DNA from: Candidatus Woesearchaeota archaeon
Lineage (GTDB): Archaea > Nanobdellota > Nanobdellia > Woesearchaeales > JACPBV01
Direction: 5' to 3'
Length of the DNA stretch: 40,368 bases
Assembly: GCA_016188175.1 (NCBI GenBank)
Contig: JACPII010000099.1
Location: 1 to 40,368 of the forward strand
Both the position numbers and the translations under genes were made by a program. The notes below the pieces were generated by a model. That model searched no databases and was not told the origin of the DNA. It worked only from the letters and a program-made list of their open reading frames with translations. Shown here piece by piece: positions 36,685-40,368 of this stretch. Position 1 is the stretch's first letter; every line of letters begins with the position of its first letter.

Positions 36685-36724
36685 CCACTTGCCACTTGCC
36701 ATCCGCAGCCGGCGGGTATTTAAA
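36685..36724 (+). repeat. 40-nt cassette repeat copy 2
   Basis: CCACTTGCCACTTGCCATCCGCAGCCGGCGGGTATTTAAA. It starts 26 nt after the preceding stop, and the next ATG is at 36772. Confidence 0.95.
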
Positions 36725-36771
36725 CTCCCGGGCCTATTTTTCATTAGGCAGTTTTACAAAAGGTTTCAGCC

Positions 36772-36981
36772 ATGGAGATAGTTTTTTCCGATCATGCAAG
36801 GATGCGGATGGGTCAACGCGGGATTTCCCTATGGGAAGTTAAGCACGTCTTGGAATTTCCCGATGAGACAAGGAATTCTTCCGAAGGGAGGAAAATAGCA
36901 ATCGGAATGGCAGGTACCAGGTCTCTCCGTGTTGTTTTTATTGAGGTAGAAAACTATATAAAGATTATCACCGTCCTTTAG
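36772..36981 (+). CDS. DUF4258-like small protein (putative toxin)
   Basis: 69 aa. MEIVFSDHARMRMGQRGISLWEVKHVL matches the DUF4258 N-terminal pattern (..H...RM..RGI....V). Confidence 0.65.
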   Translation: MEIVFSDHARMRMGQRGISLWEVKHVLEFPDETRNSSEGRKIAIGMAGTRSLRVVFIEVENYIKIITVL

Positions 36982-36984
36982 AAC

Positions 36985-37191
36985 ATGAAAATCACCTATG
37001 ACCCAGACGCAGATGCAGCGTACATCTACGTAAAATTCCCCATTAAAAGGGGGGAGGCAAAGAATACGGTGGCTATCAACGAAAATATCATCGTTGATTT
37101 CGATGCGAAGGGGAAGATGCTTGGAATTGAGGTTCTTTCCGCCAAGAAGATGTTGAATAAAGAAGTTTTAATGGAAGCCAAGACGCTGTAA
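36985..37191 (+). CDS. DUF2283 small protein (putative antitoxin)
   Basis: MKITYDPDADAAYIYV...GKMLGIEVLSAKK is the classic DUF2283 pattern. It starts 3 nt after the upstream gene. Confidence 0.75.
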   Translation: MKITYDPDADAAYIYVKFPIKRGEAKNTVAINENIIVDFDAKGKMLGIEVLSAKKMLNKEVLMEAKTL

Positions 37192-37195
37192 TGCC

Positions 37196-37235
37196 CCACT
37201 TGCCACTTGCCATCCGCAGCCGGCGGGTATTTAAA
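37196..37235 (+). repeat. 40-nt cassette repeat copy 3
   Basis: Identical to copy 2. It starts 4 nt after the preceding stop codon, and the next plausible ATG is at 37258. Confidence 0.95.
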
Positions 37236-37257
37236 CCAGAAACCCGGAAGCATAGGT

Positions 37258-37752
37258 ATGCTTCAGCTCAAACAGGTTGCGGGAAAGGTGACATTGCTCC
37301 GGGGCGACAGCTCAACATTGTTCACTTTGCTCATGTCAGCTGCTGCAAAGCTCCAGAACATCTCCAAGGTCCTCTTTGTGGATTCCGCAAACTGTTTTAA
37401 CCCCTATCTTTTGAAAAAGCTCTCTCCGAGGAATATACTTCCTATTCTCCGCAACATCCTCATTGCCCGGCCGTTTAACGCCTACCAGCTTAAAGAGATA
37501 GTTCTCCGGCTTGAAAAATCCATCCAGGAAACGAAAAGCAGAGCCCTTATCATCTCGTCCATCGATGTGTTCCATGACGATGTAACTAGTGAGGAAGCTC
37601 CATTCCTTTTCAGCCTTGTCCTCAATGAGATACGGTCGCTTACAAGAAAATACCGGCTGGTGACGCTTGTAGGCTCGACCAAGTCAGAGAAAGCCGCTCA
37701 ACAGGTGGCCACGCTGGTGCACAAGAAGATTGATCAGTCGTATGTGGTGTGA
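37258..37752 (+). CDS. RecA/RadB-superfamily-like protein lacking a Walker A lysine motif
   Basis: Layout like RadB/KaiC: VTLLRGDSSTLFTLLM where GxxxxGK[ST] is expected, then VLFVDSANCFNPY, ILIARPFNAYQ, and ALIISSID as a Walker B-like strand. Start moved to ATG 37258 because the track start at 37207 lies inside the repeat. Confidence 0.5.
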   Translation: MLQLKQVAGKVTLLRGDSSTLFTLLMSAAAKLQNISKVLFVDSANCFNPYLLKKLSPRNILPILRNILIARPFNAYQLKEIVLRLEKSIQETKSRALIISSIDVFHDDVTSEEAPFLFSLVLNEIRSLTRKYRLVTLVGSTKSEKAAQQVATLVHKKIDQSYVV

Positions 37753-37847
37753 ATTATCCTGGGTAGCAAATTCCCTCAGAAAACGGGGATAAAGATATAT
37801 TCTTCAGTATAGAAACATTTATATAAAACTTATAAAATTACTTAAGT

Positions 37848-38474
37848 ATGGTGCTGGATGCCTCGGGTGGCGGGGGTAATTATTCTGGGCCGTCAAATCA
37901 GGCTGACGATAGGATTGATTTCTTGAATAAACAAGCGCTTCGCCACGTTGAAGGTATCCGGGGGGTTATGCCTGTTCCTTCCGTAGAAGAGCTTGAACAG
38001 ATGGTTGAAACAAGAAGGACCAGCCAAAATCCTTTTCCCGAAAAAGTTGTCGTTGTTGAAGCAAAGGCTGAGGCGCTTAGAGATTACCTGGCAGGGCCTG
38101 GTTCAAGGAGGAATATGGTTATTGTTCCCACCTTAAGGATTTACCAGCTTGCGAGAGTGCGTGGTGACGATATACCTCCCATCGAAAGAGGCGAATTTCA
38201 TTTAAAGGGGTATGATCCCCACAACGGGCATGTTGTCAATGGGCACTTTGCAAGGGTTGAGTTCTTATTCGTCCAGCCTGAAAACCACTTTGTCCCTTTT
38301 CATTCATCCCTTGTTCCCCTTAGGCCAACAAAAAATGATTTAGGATATGACCCCTTTGCCACCATTCAGCTGAGTGATGACATTTTAACGTCGGGAAGGT
38401 TTTTACGTTTCCGGCCCGACAGCTATGAGCCTCAACTTCTGGAAATGCTTTTTGGGCATCCGGTTAAGAATTGA
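37848..38474 (+). CDS. hypothetical protein
   Basis: 208-aa ORF with its own TATA-like TTTATATAAA about 25 nt upstream. No motif recognised. Confidence 0.5.
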   Translation: MVLDASGGGGNYSGPSNQADDRIDFLNKQALRHVEGIRGVMPVPSVEELEQMVETRRTSQNPFPEKVVVVEAKAEALRDYLAGPGSRRNMVIVPTLRIYQLARVRGDDIPPIERGEFHLKGYDPHNGHVVNGHFARVEFLFVQPENHFVPFHSSLVPLRPTKNDLGYDPFATIQLSDDILTSGRFLRFRPDSYEPQLLEMLFGHPVKN

Positions 38475-38736
38475 CTATCCTGTATTTGGTTAGCACCTTC
38501 GAAATCCTAGACGATACACCGCAGGCGCTGCGTCCCCGGATGGGTGAGCGTAGTGTTCCGGTGCCTCCGAAGCGGTAGAGAGCGAGACACAAAAAACATA
38601 CGTTTTTTAGTGCCTTCGGCACGGAGGAGAATCTAGCGTTCCTGCCTTGCAGGAGGAGGGCGACCCCCCGCAACGCGCCAGCCGTCGGTAGTTGAAAGTA
38701 TTTCGACTTTGGGGTGCTAAACAAATACGCTATCCT
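38474..38736. mobile_element. MITE-like element, family A copy 2, enlarged (core 38482-38728, 247 bp, plus TSDs)
   Basis: TIRs are GTATTTGGTTAGCACC (38482-38497) and GGTGCTAAACAAATAC (38713-38728), 15/16. Flanking 8-mers are ACTATCCT and GCTATCCT (7/8). The left TSD starts with the last base of the upstream stop codon. Confidence 0.8.
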
Positions 38737-38743
38737 CAGAATT

Positions 38744-40006
38744 TTATCGGACATAAATCTGCGCCCGTTCAGAAAATCCGTTTACCTCATCAGCCGTCTT
38801 TCCGGGAAACGCCTCAAATTTCAGCTTCCTGTCTTCAAGGAGCTGAACCAACGCAACGCCTTGAACAAAGTCATCATTTTTTGCCTTTAGGCCTTTTGCA
38901 AGATTCCGATAATCAAATTCTTTGCTGCCATCATAAAGCTTGTATTCCACAAGCTCATATTTTACTAATCCTGTTTCCTTTCCCACGGTGGAAGGCTCAG
39001 GAGCATTTCCCTTGACTCCAAACTGCCTTGCAATGCCATTGAATGTTCCGATCGACAGGATAAAATGCTCGGGGTCGATGTTGTTCGGCACGACTGCGAG
39101 ATGGTCAGCCCAATATCTCTCCTGCTTTAATCCCCCCCATCCCTTCGTGCCCTCCTTGAACCATGTTCCGGTGAGCGCCCCATCAATGTCATAATCGATA
39201 GTGCCTCCTTCCGGCTTTGCCGTCCTCAGGCTTTTTGACATAAGCTTGGTTTTCAGCGGCTCGTCATAATAATAGAAAGGGTCCTGGATATGCGCCCGAT
39301 TGGGGTCTTTCTCATAACTTTCTGGGTTGATGAACCGTATTGAAAACTCTTTATCGACGGCATTAAAGTCAACATTGCTGTCAAACCACCCGATCACTTC
39401 GCCTGCCTTGACGGGAACATTGACGCTTGTATACTCGCCGGGCTTCGGGGCGACTGCTTTAATCCTGTCAGAGAGCCTGTCAATGTGGATGAAGATGGTT
39501 GATATCGTGCAGGTATGCTCGATGACGATGCGATAGTCGTCAAAAGGCTCACGCTGCTGGTCCCCCCGGAAAGAGCCCATATGCTGGATGTCGGTGACGA
39601 TGCCATCTGCCGGTGCGTAAACCTCGATGTTTGCTTCTTTGTTGAAGAAGTTCTGGTAGTACTGGTGGTCAATGGGAGCAACATGCTCTCCCGCCAGCCC
39701 GCCCATCGGAATGATGTAGGTTATCTTGTCAAGATTTACGGGAGGATAAGAAAGCTTGATAAATTTTCCTGAGCATCGGGGAAAAGGTGAACCCCCATCA
39801 AAGTTTCTCCCAATATCCTCTTGGCCCCTTGAAGCGGCAGGAATGCTGGTTTCTGGCTCATGGAGGTTTGATTCATTAGGTTTTTCGGCATTTTCCTGAA
39901 CTCTTTCCGGAACAATGCTTGTTTCCTGTTTAAGCCCGCGGGGCTGGCACCCAATAATGAATATAGCGAGAACGATTAAACAAATCAGCCGGAATGAGTT
40001 TCTCAT
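38744..40006 (-). CDS. secreted lipoprotein, possibly M23/LytM-like peptidase fold
   Basis: Signal peptide with lipobox-like LAIFIIGC. Weak M23-like features are HVAPIDH, ADGIVTDI and IEHTCTISTIFIHID. Start trimmed to ATG 40006 (MRNSFRL). Confidence 0.5.
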   Translation of the reverse strand: MRNSFRLICLIVLAIFIIGCQPRGLKQETSIVPERVQENAEKPNESNLHEPETSIPAASRGQEDIGRNFDGGSPFPRCSGKFIKLSYPPVNLDKITYIIPMGGLAGEHVAPIDHQYYQNFFNKEANIEVYAPADGIVTDIQHMGSFRGDQQREPFDDYRIVIEHTCTISTIFIHIDRLSDRIKAVAPKPGEYTSVNVPVKAGEVIGWFDSNVDFNAVDKEFSIRFINPESYEKDPNRAHIQDPFYYYDEPLKTKLMSKSLRTAKPEGGTIDYDIDGALTGTWFKEGTKGWGGLKQERYWADHLAVVPNNIDPEHFILSIGTFNGIARQFGVKGNAPEPSTVGKETGLVKYELVEYKLYDGSKEFDYRNLAKGLKAKNDDFVQGVALVQLLEDRKLKFEAFPGKTADEVNGFSERAQIYVR

Positions 40007-40095
40007 AACTGTATGCCTTGATGCTGGTAGTATTAAAATGTTTGTTGGTATGCGGCACAGGTCTGCCGTCCATGCTCCCTTGGCAATATTTATTG

Positions 40096-40135
40096 CCACT
40101 CGCCACTTGCCATCCGCAGCCGGCGGGTATTTAAA
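40096..40135 (+). repeat. 40-nt cassette repeat copy 4
   Basis: CCACTCGCCACTTGCCATCCGCAGCCGGCGGGTATTTAAA, preceded by the palindrome GGCAATA-TT-TATTGCC. The next ATG is at 40224. Confidence 0.95.
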
Positions 40136-40223
40136 TGCAGGTTCTTATATTCTCTATGGTGAAGGCCAAGTGCATTGCAGCATCGAAAACCTTAAATAAG
40201 TAAAGGTACTTAGTCTACCTAAA

Positions 40224-40367
40224 ATGACTAATATGACCCTGGCAATTCCGGAAGAGCTCCACAAGCTCATGAAAGAGCATTCTGACATTAAGTGGAGTGA
40301 AGTTGCGAGAAAAGCAATCTGGGAGCATGCAAAAAGGCAGGAGCAGCTAAAAATCATGGACGGGCTG
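40224..40367 (+). CDS. ribbon-helix-helix antitoxin-like protein, 3'-truncated by window end
   Basis: Hand translation gives MTNMTLAIPEELHKLMKEHSDIKWSEVARKAIWEHAKRQEQLKIMDGL. This is the typical archaeal VapB/CopG-like pattern (..I.IPEEL...L......WSEV.R.AI). It is absent from the track because no stop codon falls inside the window. Confidence 0.55.
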   Translation, partial: MTNMTLAIPEELHKLMKEHSDIKWSEVARKAIWEHAKRQEQLKIMDGL

Positions 40368-40368
40368 C

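Noticed and set aside
36651-36842. Recurrent peptide HLPSAAGGYLN in track ORFs 35726-36154, 36651-36842, 37207-37752 and 39915-40199
   Set aside because: It is simply one reading frame of the 40-nt DNA repeat. These ORFs or ORF starts are artefacts, so the start of the 37207 ORF was moved to 37258.
36072-40135. The 40-nt direct repeats as a CRISPR array
   Set aside because: Spacings are about 570, 470 and 2860 nt and contain intact genes. The repeat ends in a TATA-like box. No cas genes or regular 30-40-nt spacers are present.
36072-40135. The repeats as canonical integron attC sites
   Set aside because: There are no RYYYAAC/GTTRRRY cores and no extended imperfect hairpin with extrahelical bases. 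The repeats are only 40 nt long. No intI-like gene is visible in the window. They are kept as integron-like by layout only.

Overview
This 40.4-kb window looks like a chromosomal segment of an uncultivated, probably DPANN-like archaeon. Archaeal markers include ribosomal protein L10e, a ZPR1 zinc-finger protein, a type-II GAPDH-like enzyme with the VSCNTT motif, an AbrB-PhoU regulator, an intron-containing tRNA, and TATA-box or short-leader promoters. They are interleaved with bacterial-type genes: groES-groEL, ispH, aroK, a sigma54-type AAA+ activator, PepSY, DUF2157/GDYXXLXY and an RlmD-like methyltransferase. I support about 50 CDS, mostly housekeeping (truD, adk, purM, aroC/aroK, two class I aldolases, dCMP deaminase fusion). 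The most unusual content is non-coding. (1) From 36.0 kb to the window end there are four near-identical, same-orientation 40-nt repeats with sharp boundaries, plus one 20-nt truncated copy. Each ends in a TATA-like box and heads a different small cassette, mostly toxin-antitoxin-like pairs. This is an integron-like cassette layout without canonical attC features. (2) Four MITE-like elements have 16-bp terminal inverted repeats and 8-bp target-site duplications. Three belong to one family whose terminal and internal helices covary. (3) Two roughly 200-nt multi-hairpin intergenic elements share a ~57-63-nt module, and a CGAGCG..GCGAG mirror motif recurs in these and in the MITEs. (4) A tRNA appears to carry two insertions and has a degenerate copy of its own 3' half nearby. 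No rRNA, CRISPR array, transposase or integrase is visible in the window. All functional calls come from motif recognition by eye, not database searches.
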